Of a stretch of DNA of 64,000 nucleotides, positions 22,823 to 31,135 are shown piece by piece; position 1 is the first letter of the stretch; each line of letters starts with the position of its first letter. Location: assembly GCA_963700315.1 (NCBI GenBank), contig CAVOXC010000011.1, positions 288,308-352,307 on the forward strand, given 5' to 3'. This DNA is from an uncultured Acidobacteriota bacterium. Lineage in GTDB: Bacteria > Acidobacteriota > Thermoanaerobaculia > Multivoradales > JAGPDF01. The notes below the pieces were generated by a model that worked only from the letters and a program-made list of their open reading frames with translations, was not told the origin of the DNA and did not search any database. The position numbers and the translations under genes were made by a program.

Positions 22823-23850
22823 TGGCTGTTCTCGTCCTTGAGCTCGAGCAACACGTCGTCGGTCTCGACCGCCGCGAGGAACTGTCCGAGGTAGTCGGGG
22901 TTCAGCCCGATCTTGATCGCCGCGCCGCCGAACTGGCAGGAGATGGTCTCCGAAGCCTCGCCCAGGTCGGGGTTGGCGGCCGCGATCGAGATCTCGCCGT
23001 CGGCGAACTCGAGCTTGACGCCCCGGTTGCGCTCGCCGGTCATCAGCGCCACGCGCTGCACGGCTTCGGCCAGGAGGCGGCGGCCGACCGTCACCTTCTT
23101 GTCGTTGCCGCGCGCGATCACCCGTTCGTAGTCCGGGAACGTGCCATCGAGCAGACGACAGATCATCTCCCGCTCGCCGCAGCGGAACGAGAGGTGGTGC
23201 TCGCCACGGCGCAACTCGACCGTCCCCTCGCCCTCGAAGCGCAGCAGCTCTTGCAGCGCCTTGCGCGGCACCAGGATCGAGTCCTCCGCCGCCGCGGCCG
23301 GCAGCGCGACATCGATCAGCGCCAACCGGTGCCCGTCGGTCGCGACCAGCTCGGCGCGCTCTCCTTTGAGGTGCAGGAGCGCTCCCGACAGCTGGAAGCG
23401 CGACTCCTCCGAGGAGACCGCGAACAGGATCTTGCTCACCAGGCGCCGGCAGGTCGCGAGCGGCAGCGTCAGCCGTGGCTTGCCTTCGACCGTCGGCAGC
23501 GTCGGAAAATCGGCCGACGGCAAGCCATGAATGCGAAAGCGTGAACGCCCAGCCGCCACCTTGAGCGAGCGTTCGTCCTCGAACGCCAGGTCGATCTCCT
23601 CGGCCGAGACGGCGCGGACGATTTCGCCGAACTTCTTGGCCTGCACCGCGAGCGCGCCCTCGCCCGTCACCTCGGCCGGAATCGAGGACGTCAACGACAC
23701 GTCGAGATCGGTCGCCGCGATGTGCAGCCGGCCGCCCTTGGCTTCGAGCAGCAGGTGCGAGAGCACCGGAATCGTCGTGCGGCGCTCGACGATCCCCTGC
23801 ATCGGCGCCAGCTCGGCCAGGAGGTCCTCACGCTTCAGGCGAAGTTCCAT

Positions 23851-24093
23851 CGGCTACTCCGATCGCTTGTCGAGACGGAAAAATAACATAGCAGTAGATA
23901 GTCGTAGATGCCTGCGGACAATTCGGAAAAGCGCCTTCGCGTTCGCTTCGACCGGGTCGCTGGCGTTCCGCAATGTGCGGAAAAGCACTGCGGAGAAGGC
24001 CCGGACGAACTGTGGAAAAGCGGGTCGGGAGAGGTTATCAACAAGTTGTCCACAACCGTTTTAGGCAGGGTTTTCCACACCTCGCGACCCACC
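23851..24093. other. Candidate chromosomal origin (oriC): DnaA-box cluster plus AT-rich patch in the dnaA-dnaN spacer
   Basis: DnaA-box-like 9-mers are TGTGGAAAA (24011-24019), TTATCAACA (24035-24043), TTGTCCACA (24046-24054) and TTTTCCACA (24071-24079), with degenerate ones near 23921-23930 and 23974-23984. The stretch GGAAAAATAACATAGCAGTAGATAGTCGTAGATG (23877-23910) is AT-rich in an otherwise ~70% GC sequence. Confidence 0.6.
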
Positions 24094-25392
24094 TCAAGAG
24101 AGGTGCTTGGTCATGTTCTCGAGCGTGCGCGCGAGCTCGGCGTTGCTGGCGCGCAGCTGCTCGATCTTCTCGACCGAGTACATCACCGTGGAGTGGTGCT
24201 TGTCGTTGAACTGCCGCCCGATCTCGGGATACGACAGCTCGGTGAGCTGCTTGCAGAGAAACATTGCGACCTGCCGCGGAAAGGCGATCTGCTTCGAGTT
24301 CGAGCGCGACTTGATCTCGCCGACCTTCAGTCCATAGTGACGCGCGACGAATTTGATGATCTCGGCCGCGCTGGCGCGCCGGCCGTTCTCGGGCAGGATG
24401 TCGCGCAGCGTTTCCTTGGCGAGATCGAGCGAGAGCGGCTTCGCGGTCAAGGAAGCGAATGCGGCCACACGGTTGAGCATCCCTTCTAGCTCGCGCACGT
24501 TCGACTTGACCTGATTCGCGATGAACAGCGCGACGTCGTCGGGCACACCGACACCGTCGAGGTCGGCCTTGCGCCGAAGGATCGCGATCTTGGTCTCGAG
24601 ATCGGGCGCCTGAATGTCGGCGATGAGCCCCCACTCGAAGCGCGAGCGCAAGCGCTCCTCGATCGACGGGATGTTGCGCGGCGAAGAGTCGGACGAAAGG
24701 ATGATCTGCCGCTGGCTGGTATAGAGCGTGTTGAAGGTGTGGAAGAACTCCTCCTGCGTCCGCTCTTTGTTGGCGAGGAACTGGATGTCGTCGACCAGCA
24801 GCACGTCGATCGAACGGTAGCGGTCGCGAAAGGACGGCATCGACTTGAAGCGCAGCGAGTTGATCAACTGATTGACGAACTGCTCGGCGGTCAGATACTG
24901 CACCTTGAGGCCGCGATGCTTGGCGAGAACCTGGTGGCCGATGGCGTGGAGCAGATGGGTCTTGCCCAGCCCCACCGGCCCATAGAGGAAGAGCGGGTTG
25001 TAGCTGCGCGACGGACTCTCGGCGACAGCGCGCGCGGCGGCGTGGGCGAACTGGTTCGAGCTGCCGACGACAAACGTCTCGAAGGTGTATTTTGGGTTGA
25101 GCCGCTCGAGGGTCCGCGGTTCGGCCGCGATGTCGCGCTCCTCGAGGCCGTCGTCGGCGGTGAGGAAAACCTGCAGGAGCTCGTCGGCGACCGCCGCGGC
25201 TTCGCGATCGATGAGGTGCCGGTAGCTCTCTTCGATGGTGTGGACGAAGCGGGCGTTGGGCGCGACCAGGACGAGCTCCTCGGGGGACTCGCTCTTGACC
25301 GCGAGCGGCGCGATCCAGGCCGAGTACTCCTCCGGCGGCAGCGCGCTGCGCAGCCCCTCGGCGATGCGCGGCCAGATGCGAGCTTCCGTCAC
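24094..25392 (-). CDS. dnaA: Chromosomal replication initiator protein DnaA
   Basis: AAA+ core LFLYGPVGLGKTHLLHAIG and DDIQFLANKERTQEEFFHTFN, and a C-terminal DNA-binding domain ELSYPEIGRQFNDKHHSTVMYSVEKI. GTG start. Confidence 0.97.
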   Translation of the reverse strand: MTEARIWPRIAEGLRSALPPEEYSAWIAPLAVKSESPEELVLVAPNARFVHTIEESYRHLIDREAAAVADELLQVFLTADDGLEERDIAAEPRTLERLNPKYTFETFVVGSSNQFAHAAARAVAESPSRSYNPLFLYGPVGLGKTHLLHAIGHQVLAKHRGLKVQYLTAEQFVNQLINSLRFKSMPSFRDRYRSIDVLLVDDIQFLANKERTQEEFFHTFNTLYTSQRQIILSSDSSPRNIPSIEERLRSRFEWGLIADIQAPDLETKIAILRRKADLDGVGVPDDVALFIANQVKSNVRELEGMLNRVAAFASLTAKPLSLDLAKETLRDILPENGRRASAAEIIKFVARHYGLKVGEIKSRSNSKQIAFPRQVAMFLCKQLTELSYPEIGRQFNDKHHSTVMYSVEKIEQLRASNAELARTLENMTKHLS

Positions 25393-25425
25393 GTCGAGTG
25401 CGACCTCAGAGGGCAGTTCAACAAC

Positions 25426-25446
25426 ATTTCCACAGCTTGTGGAAAT
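25426..25446. promoter_or_regulatory. Perfect inverted pair of DnaA boxes upstream of dnaA (probable autoregulatory operator)
   Basis: ATTTCCACA-GCT-TGTGGAAAT, located 34 nt upstream of the dnaA GTG. Confidence 0.55.
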
Positions 25447-25508
25447 CTCCTGGTGGGCGCCCTAGCGGGAGAACCGCGGGAGCCGGAACTATAGCACGCG
25501 GGTGGGGC

Positions 25509-27230
25509 TCAGAACGGGCGCGCCAGCGCCGCCAGCTCGGGCGGCAGTTCGAGCTCGAGAGGGGCACGTGGCGTGGCGAGCCGCTCGAGCGCGGCGCGAA
25601 GGTCCATCGCGAGGCGCGGGCGTGTCGGGCCGGTGAGCCACTCCAACAGGCCCGGCGCCTTCGGCAGCAGCTCGATCTCGCCCGCGCCGGCGTCGAGCCC
25701 GGCCGCCGCCCGCGCCGCCGCGACTGCGTCGTCGAGGCCGCCGAGGCGGTCGACGAGGCCGGCGCCGAGGGCGTCCGCGCCGGTCCAGACGCGTCCCTGG
25801 GCGACCGCCTCGACAGCCACGCGGTCGAGGTCGCGACCGGCGGCGACGTGGTCGACGAAACGGCCATAGGTGGCGTCGAGGCGGCGTTGCATCAGCGCGC
25901 GCTCGCCGTCGTCGAACGGCCGCAGCCCTGAGTAGAGCCCGGCGTGGGCGCCGCGTCGAAGCGGATCGTGGGTCGCGCCGAGCAGCTCGCGCTGGAAGCG
26001 CTCGGTGGCAAGCTTGCCGGCGACGACACCGATCGAGCCGGTGAGGGTGCCCGCTTCGGCAAGGATCTGCTGCGCGCGCGCCGCGATGTAGTAGCCACCC
26101 GAGGCGGCGACGTCAGACATCGAGACGATGACCGGCTTGGCGCGCGCGAGGAGCTCGACCCGGCGCAAGATGAGATCCGAGGCGAGCGCCGATCCGCCCG
26201 GGCTGTCGACGCGCAGGACCACCGCCTTGACGTCGGTGTCCTCGGCGAGGTCCTCGAGTGTCTCGACGAGATCGTCCGAGCCGAGATAGAGCTCGCGGCT
26301 CCAGGGGTCGACGCCGGAGGCGCCGCGCACGATCGTGCCCTGGGCGAAGACGACGGCAACGCGCTCGCCCGAGCCTCCGCGCCGGCGCTCGGCACGTCGC
26401 CCGTAGGTGAGCAGGGACAAGCGCCGCGGGTCGTCTGCCAAACTCGCGAGGCGCTCTTCGAACTCGTCCGGGTAGGCGATCTGATCGATCAGGCCGGCGG
26501 CGACCGCTTCGTCGGCCGAGAGCGGGCCCCGATCGAACAGGGCGCGAACGCTCTCCCCGGGCAGGTGGCGGCTCGCGGCGATACCCGCGACCAGCGCGTC
26601 GAAGTAGCCGTCGAGGACGCTATCGAGCGCTTCGCGCGCGGCGACAGAGTGGCGCTCCTCGGTATAGGTCTCGGCCGCACTCTTGAACTTGCCGGCGGTC
26701 AAGAAGCTCGGTTCGATCTTCAACTTGTCGAGCGAGCCGCGCAGGAAAGCCTGGTCGAAAAAGAGACCGAGGAGGGCAACCTCGCCGGCGGGCGCCAGCG
26801 AGAGCACGGAGCAGGCCGACGCCACGAAGTACTCGAGCGTGCCGTTCGAGCCCTCTCCCGTGGACTCCAGGTAGCACTCGACCGGCTTGCCCGAGGCGGC
26901 GAAACGCTCGAGCAGGCGCCGCAGCTCCTGGGCCTTGGCGAGCCCGAAGCGGGCGTCGCGCACGTGCAGGGCGAGGCCGACCACCCGGTCGTCGTCGCGG
27001 GCGGCCGCGAGCGCCGTCCAGAGGCCGGCGAGACTCGGCTCGGGCTCGAGGCCGGGCAGCGGCAGTGGCGACGCGAGCGGAAAATCGGGCAACGGCGCAT
27101 CCAGCCGGTAGGTGAGCAGCGTCTCGCCCCCGGGCAGACCGCCCCGGCCGGCGGCGCCCACGAGGCCGAAGCCGGCGATGAGGGCGCCGACGAGAACGGT
27201 GGCGAGGAAGAGGAGAAATAAGCGGCGCAT
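25509..27230 (-). CDS. sppA: Signal peptide peptidase SppA (two S49 domains, 67K type)
   Basis: Start MRRLFLLFLATVLVGALIAG (ATG complement 27228-27230, GGAGG upstream). The S49 motifs are VVLRVDSPGGSALASD and a degenerate first copy. The 81 codons upstream in the track ORF cross a low-GC noncoding region. Confidence 0.85.
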   Translation of the reverse strand: MRRLFLLFLATVLVGALIAGFGLVGAAGRGGLPGGETLLTYRLDAPLPDFPLASPLPLPGLEPEPSLAGLWTALAAARDDDRVVGLALHVRDARFGLAKAQELRRLLERFAASGKPVECYLESTGEGSNGTLEYFVASACSVLSLAPAGEVALLGLFFDQAFLRGSLDKLKIEPSFLTAGKFKSAAETYTEERHSVAAREALDSVLDGYFDALVAGIAASRHLPGESVRALFDRGPLSADEAVAAGLIDQIAYPDEFEERLASLADDPRRLSLLTYGRRAERRRGGSGERVAVVFAQGTIVRGASGVDPWSRELYLGSDDLVETLEDLAEDTDVKAVVLRVDSPGGSALASDLILRRVELLARAKPVIVSMSDVAASGGYYIAARAQQILAEAGTLTGSIGVVAGKLATERFQRELLGATHDPLRRGAHAGLYSGLRPFDDGERALMQRRLDATYGRFVDHVAAGRDLDRVAVEAVAQGRVWTGADALGAGLVDRLGGLDDAVAAARAAAGLDAGAGEIELLPKAPGLLEWLTGPTRPRLAMDLRAALERLATPRAPLELELPPELAALARPF

Positions 27231-27300
27231 CGTGAGCCTCCGGACCGCAAAGATACCCTGCCCGGCGGGGTGGCGCGGGCGGCGACGGGGAATGAGACCC

Positions 27301-27318
27301 TTGGCACAGGCGTTGCTA
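27301..27318 (+). promoter_or_regulatory. Sigma-54 (-24/-12) promoter-like element
   Basis: T-TGGCAC-AGGCG-TTGC-TA. The GG at 27303-27304 and the GC at 27315-27316 are exactly 12 nt apart, matching the TGGCAC-N5-TTGC consensus. Confidence 0.5.
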
Positions 27319-27327
27319 CTGACAGTT

Positions 27328-27542
27328 GCAGGTAGAACGACTGCGTATGTGGGGAGGTTCCGCACTCCAGAACGTTTCCTACCTGAAGTAGGGGATCCGA
27401 GAGGATCCCAGCCCACTGACAACTCGCCAACCCCCCCTAACTTACAGGGGTAGAGCCACAGATCCCAACCCAAAGAAGGAACCTCCCCCCTACGGATTTT
27501 TCAAGATCGGCCCCGGGCATGTCCCGGGGCCGATCCTTGTTT
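27328..27542 (+). ncRNA. Candidate structured small RNA (~215 nt), family unknown
   Basis: A lower-GC noncoding island between divergent sppA and mutY. An 11-bp closing stem GGGGAGGTTCC (27351-27361) / GGAACCTCCCC (27478-27488) can be extended by CGTA/TACG. Internal hairpins lie at 27378-27392 and 27393-27408. The segment ends in an intrinsic-terminator-like hairpin. Confidence 0.4.
27505..27542 (+). terminator. Intrinsic-terminator-like hairpin
   Basis: GATCGGCCCCGGG-catgt-CCCGGGGCCGATC (13-bp perfect stem) followed by CTTGTTT. On the opposite strand the hairpin is followed by only TTGAAAAA. Confidence 0.55.
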
Positions 27543-27623
27543 GGGGCGCGGTTTGGGGCGGTCGCTCTGGCGCCGCGGGCAGCGCAGCGGCGCCAGAACG
27601 ACCCGATCTAGACTCCCAGCGCG

Positions 27624-28742
27624 ATGACGACGACCCTCGAGCCGGCCCCGAGCGGCAACGAGACCACGCCCCGGCTGCTCGCCTGGTATGACTGCGCCCG
27701 CCGGGACTTGCCGTGGCGGCGTCGGCGCGACCCCTGGGCGATCTGGGTCTCGGAGGTGATGCTGCAGCAGACCCGCGTCGAGGTGGTCGTCCCCTACTTC
27801 GAGCGGTTCCTGGACCGGTTTCCAGATTGCGCATGCCTCGCCGCCGCTCCGGTCGAGGAGGCGCTCGCGCTCTGGTCCGGTCTCGGCTACTACCGGCGCT
27901 GCCGGCAGCTGCACGCGGCGGCGGAGCGGGTCGTCGCCCTCGGCGGGGCGCTTCCGCAGCGCGCGGCGGCGCTCGAGCGGCTGCCGGGAGTGGGTCCGTA
28001 CACCGCCGCGGCGATCGCCTCGATCGCGTTCGGAGAGTCGGTGCCGGTGCTCGACGGCAACGTCGCGCGGGTGATGGCGCGGCGGCTGGCGCTCGACGCG
28101 GAGGTCGCGAGCGCGGCCGCGCGCCGTGAGCTCGCGGCCGCCGCCGCGACGCTGCTCGATCCGCGGCGCCCGGGCGATTCGAACCAGGCGTTGATGGAGC
28201 TCGGAGCGACGCTGTGTACGCCGCGCGCGCCGCGTTGCGAGGCCTGTCCGCTCGCCGAGGGCTGCCGCGGCCACGAAGCCGGGGAACCCGAGCGCTACCC
28301 CCGGCCGCGTCGCCGGCCGGCCGAAGTGGCGGTCACCCAGACCGCAGCGTTGGTGGAGCGCGGCGGGCGCCTGCTCTTCGTCCGCCGCGGCGCCGGCGAA
28401 GCTCAGCTTGCCGGGCTCTGGGAGTTGCCGACCGTCGAGGCGGAGAACGTGGCGGCGGAGCAGGCCTTTGCCGCCGCCTTCGGCGGGCGCTGGCGGCTCT
28501 CAAGCGAGCGGGTGCGGATGGCGCACGCGATTACCTTCCGCCGCATCTCGCTGTCAGCGCGCGGCGCCAGCTTCGAAGGAGAGGGGGTCGGCGAGGGGCG
28601 CGAGGCCGCGTGGCTGACACCGGCCGAGGCGCGCTCACGCCCGCTGACCGGGGCGAGCCGCAAACTGCTCGACCGGTTGGCGCCGCTCGCGCCGATCAGA
28701 GCGCGAAGCCGCCCGCGGGCCAGTTCCCGCCGGCGAGGATGA
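27624..28742 (+). CDS. mutY: A/G-specific adenine DNA glycosylase
   Basis: LLAWYDCARRDLPWRRRRDPWAIWVSEVMLQQTRV, an HhH-GPD region LPGVGPYTAAAI, an Fe-S cluster CTPRAPRCEACPLAEGC, and a C-terminal NUDIX-like domain. Confidence 0.92.
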   Translation: MTTTLEPAPSGNETTPRLLAWYDCARRDLPWRRRRDPWAIWVSEVMLQQTRVEVVVPYFERFLDRFPDCACLAAAPVEEALALWSGLGYYRRCRQLHAAAERVVALGGALPQRAAALERLPGVGPYTAAAIASIAFGESVPVLDGNVARVMARRLALDAEVASAAARRELAAAAATLLDPRRPGDSNQALMELGATLCTPRAPRCEACPLAEGCRGHEAGEPERYPRPRRRPAEVAVTQTAALVERGGRLLFVRRGAGEAQLAGLWELPTVEAENVAAEQAFAAAFGGRWRLSSERVRMAHAITFRRISLSARGASFEGEGVGEGREAAWLTPAEARSRPLTGASRKLLDRLAPLAPIRARSRPRASSRRRG

Positions 28743-29745
28743 ACCAGCCGACCAGCTTGTCGTCGATCTCACGCAGCCGCTTGGCGACCAGCCCGCAGAG
28801 TATGTGGAGGAGGCGCATCGAGGAGACCTTGCGCATGTCGAGCAGACCCTCGACGACGTCCTGGGGAATCGCGAGCACCACGGCGCCGCCGTCGTGCGCC
28901 TTGGCGAGGGCCGAGCGGGGCTGCCGGTCGATCAGCGCCATCTCACCGAAGTAGTCGCCACGTTCGAGGATAGCGAGCGCCTCTTCGCCGGCGCCCGGGA
29001 TCATCTTGCTGATCCGCACCCGCCCATCGAGCACGACGTACATCGCATCGCCCGGGTCGCCCTCGCGAAAGAGCACCTCGCCTGGCTTGAGCTTCTTCTC
29101 GCGCGACAGCGAGGTCAGGAAGTTGATCTCGAGCGAGGAGAGTTTCTGTTCGGTGAACAGATTGCGCTTGGCCGACAGATCGATGCGGAACTCGCCGCTC
29201 GGCGGCCGATCGCCCGGCCCGCCGGTGCGGGCCTCGGGGGGGCCCTGCGCGAAGAAGCGGACGAGCTTCTCGTTGGTGCGCCGCAGCTTGATCGAAAGCG
29301 CGCGCCAGAAGGCCCAGTAGAGCGCCATCGCCAGGCGCGGATCGCGCTCGAGGGCCTCGGCGATGGCTTCGTAGCCGAGAACGAGGAGCGTGCAGCGAGT
29401 CGTCGCCACCGCATTGCCGGCGCGTGCGGCGGCGTCGACGAAGCCGGCCTCGCCGAACAGATCGCCGGCGTCGAGCTGGGCGAGCGGAAAGAGACCGTAG
29501 GGGGTCGAACGCTGGATGCGCACGTGGCCGCTCTCGACGATGTAGGCCTCGCGGCCGGTCTCGCCGTGGCGCAGCACCAGCTCGCCCGAGGCGACCTCGC
29601 GGACGTCGAGGGCGGCCGCGAGCCGCTCGAGCTGCTGCGGGGCGAAATGCGAGAAGAGCGGGAAGCGAGAGATGCGATCAGGATCGACCACGGGAGGGGA
29701 GTCTAACGCCACTCTGGGGTGGACGGCGTCGCGCTCGCGTAGCAT
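28696..29745 (-). CDS. Protein with two cyclic-nucleotide-binding (CAP-effector) domains and no recognisable output domain
   Basis: The motifs GDLFGEAGFVD...RAGNAVA and GDYFGEMALIDRQPRSALAKA are two FGE...R(S/A)A phosphate-binding cassettes. The likely start is MLRERD (ATG complement 29743-29745). The upstream 74 codons of the track ORF would overlap truA. Confidence 0.75.
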   Translation of the reverse strand: MLRERDAVHPRVALDSPPVVDPDRISRFPLFSHFAPQQLERLAAALDVREVASGELVLRHGETGREAYIVESGHVRIQRSTPYGLFPLAQLDAGDLFGEAGFVDAAARAGNAVATTRCTLLVLGYEAIAEALERDPRLAMALYWAFWRALSIKLRRTNEKLVRFFAQGPPEARTGGPGDRPPSGEFRIDLSAKRNLFTEQKLSSLEINFLTSLSREKKLKPGEVLFREGDPGDAMYVVLDGRVRISKMIPGAGEEALAILERGDYFGEMALIDRQPRSALAKAHDGGAVVLAIPQDVVEGLLDMRKVSSMRLLHILCGLVAKRLREIDDKLVGWFILAGGNWPAGGFAL

Positions 29746-29778
29746 GCCGGCCGGCGAGCGAGGACAAGGGGGGCCGGC

Positions 29779-30699
29779 ATGCCCAGCTATCGGCTGACCG
29801 TGGAGTACGAGGGGACGCGCTACAGTGGCTGGCAGGAGCAAAAGAACGCGCGCACCGTAGCGGGCGAGCTGCGCCGCGCGCTCGAGGCGGCGGCGGGCGA
29901 GGCGGTCGAGCTCGGCGGTGCCGGCCGCACCGACGCCGGCGTTCATGCCGTCGCGCAAGTCGCGCATCTACGCGCGACGCGCCGCCTCGACGTCGACCGG
30001 GTCCGCTGCGCGACCAACGACGCCCTGCCTCCGGATATCCACCTGCTCTCGATCGCCCCGGCCGACGAGCGCTTTCACGCGCGCCACGGCGCCGCGTCGC
30101 GCGCCTATCTCTACCAGGTGGCGCGCCGCCGCACCGCCTTCGGCAAGCGCTTCGTCTGGTGGGTCGAGCGGCCGCTCGACCCCGGCGCGATGGCGGCAGC
30201 GGCCGCGCGCCTGCCGGGCCGCCACGACTTCGCGCGCTTCGCCGACAAGCGTGGCGAGGGCTCGACTCTCGTGGTAGTCGAGAGTGCCGAGATCGCCGCG
30301 GCGGGAGATCTCATCCTCTTCCGTATCGTCGCGTCGCACTTCCTCTGGAAGATGGTGCGACGCCTGGTCGGCGCGCTCGTCGAGGTCGGCGCCGGCGCGC
30401 TCGAGGTGGCGGCCTTCGGCGCGCTCGTCGAGGAGCCCGACGCCACGCACGGCTTCGAGCCGGCGCGCTCGACGGCGCCGCCGTCGGGACTCTTCCTCGA
30501 GCGCGTGCTCTATCCGGACGAGGACGCTCTCGGCGCGCTGGCGCCGGTGGTGCCGGTCGTCACGCCGGCGGGAGCAGCTCGAGCTGCGGCGAGCCCACCC
30601 GCTCCCAGGCGGCCGCCTCGACCCGGTCGAGCCAACCGTCGCGGTGCGCGGGGTCGAGGTGCAGGACCGGCAGGTCGCGCGCCGCGAGCTCGGCGCTGA
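29779..30699 (+). CDS. truA: tRNA pseudouridine(38-40) synthase
   Basis: YRLTVEYEGTRYSGWQEQ...GAGRTDAGVHAVAQVAHL contains the catalytic Asp motif RTDAGVH. The last ~45 codons are Arg/Pro-rich and run antisense to the next gene. Confidence 0.88.
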   Translation: MPSYRLTVEYEGTRYSGWQEQKNARTVAGELRRALEAAAGEAVELGGAGRTDAGVHAVAQVAHLRATRRLDVDRVRCATNDALPPDIHLLSIAPADERFHARHGAASRAYLYQVARRRTAFGKRFVWWVERPLDPGAMAAAAARLPGRHDFARFADKRGEGSTLVVVESAEIAAAGDLILFRIVASHFLWKMVRRLVGALVEVGAGALEVAAFGALVEEPDATHGFEPARSTAPPSGLFLERVLYPDEDALGALAPVVPVVTPAGAARAAASPPAPRRPPRPGRANRRGARGRGAGPAGRAPRARR

Positions 30700-31135
30700 G
30701 CCGCAGGTCGACGGCGCGCTGGAAGCCGGGATCGGCGGCGCGCACGCCGTCGGGCGACGGCGTCTCCAGCACCGGAACGTGAACGAGCAGGTCGTAGCTC
30801 GCGAGCCAGCCCTCGACCAGCGGTTCGAACTGCGGATCGCGCCCGGCGGCGAGCAGTAGGTAGACATAGTTGTCGAGCACGCTCCGATCGGTGAGCACGA
30901 CCGGATAGCGCGCCGCGGCGACAAGCTCCTCGGCGATTTGCGCCAGGAGGATCCAGCGCTGCGCCGCCACGGTGGTCGCTTCGTTGATTGGCAGCGGTGA
31001 TCGCCGGGCGACTTCGTGGACGATCTCGAGCGCGACGTCACGCCGCTTGAGGCGCGAGGCGAGGCCATAGCAGAGCGTGGTCTTGCCGACGCCGTGGCTG
31101 CCGACGAAAGCGATCTTGGCGCGGTTCTCAGGCAT
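30560..31135 (-). CDS. P-loop NTPase (AAA_28/NadR-C-terminal-like small ATPase)
   Basis: MPENRAKIAFVGSHGVGKTTLCYGLA carries a Walker A motif and VVLTDRSVLD is Walker B-like. The ATG complement is at 31133-31135, 8 nt inside the upstream aminotransferase gene. Confidence 0.65.
   Translation of the reverse strand: MPENRAKIAFVGSHGVGKTTLCYGLASRLKRRDVALEIVHEVARRSPLPINEATTVAAQRWILLAQIAEELVAAARYPVVLTDRSVLDNYVYLLLAAGRDPQFEPLVEGWLASYDLLVHVPVLETPSPDGVRAADPGFQRAVDLRLSAELAARDLPVLHLDPAHRDGWLDRVEAAAWERVGSPQLELLPPA

Noticed and set aside
27347-27391. 14-codon ORF (MWGGSALQNVSYLK) inside the sRNA candidate
   Set aside because: It has no RBS, it overlaps the predicted closing stem, and it is too short to evaluate. 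It is treated as non-coding.
25509-27473. Full-length 654-aa SppA ORF starting at 27473
   Set aside because: The first 81 codons cross the low-GC sRNA and promoter region and have no signal or TM character. An ATG with GGAGG at 27230 gives the expected N-terminal membrane anchor.
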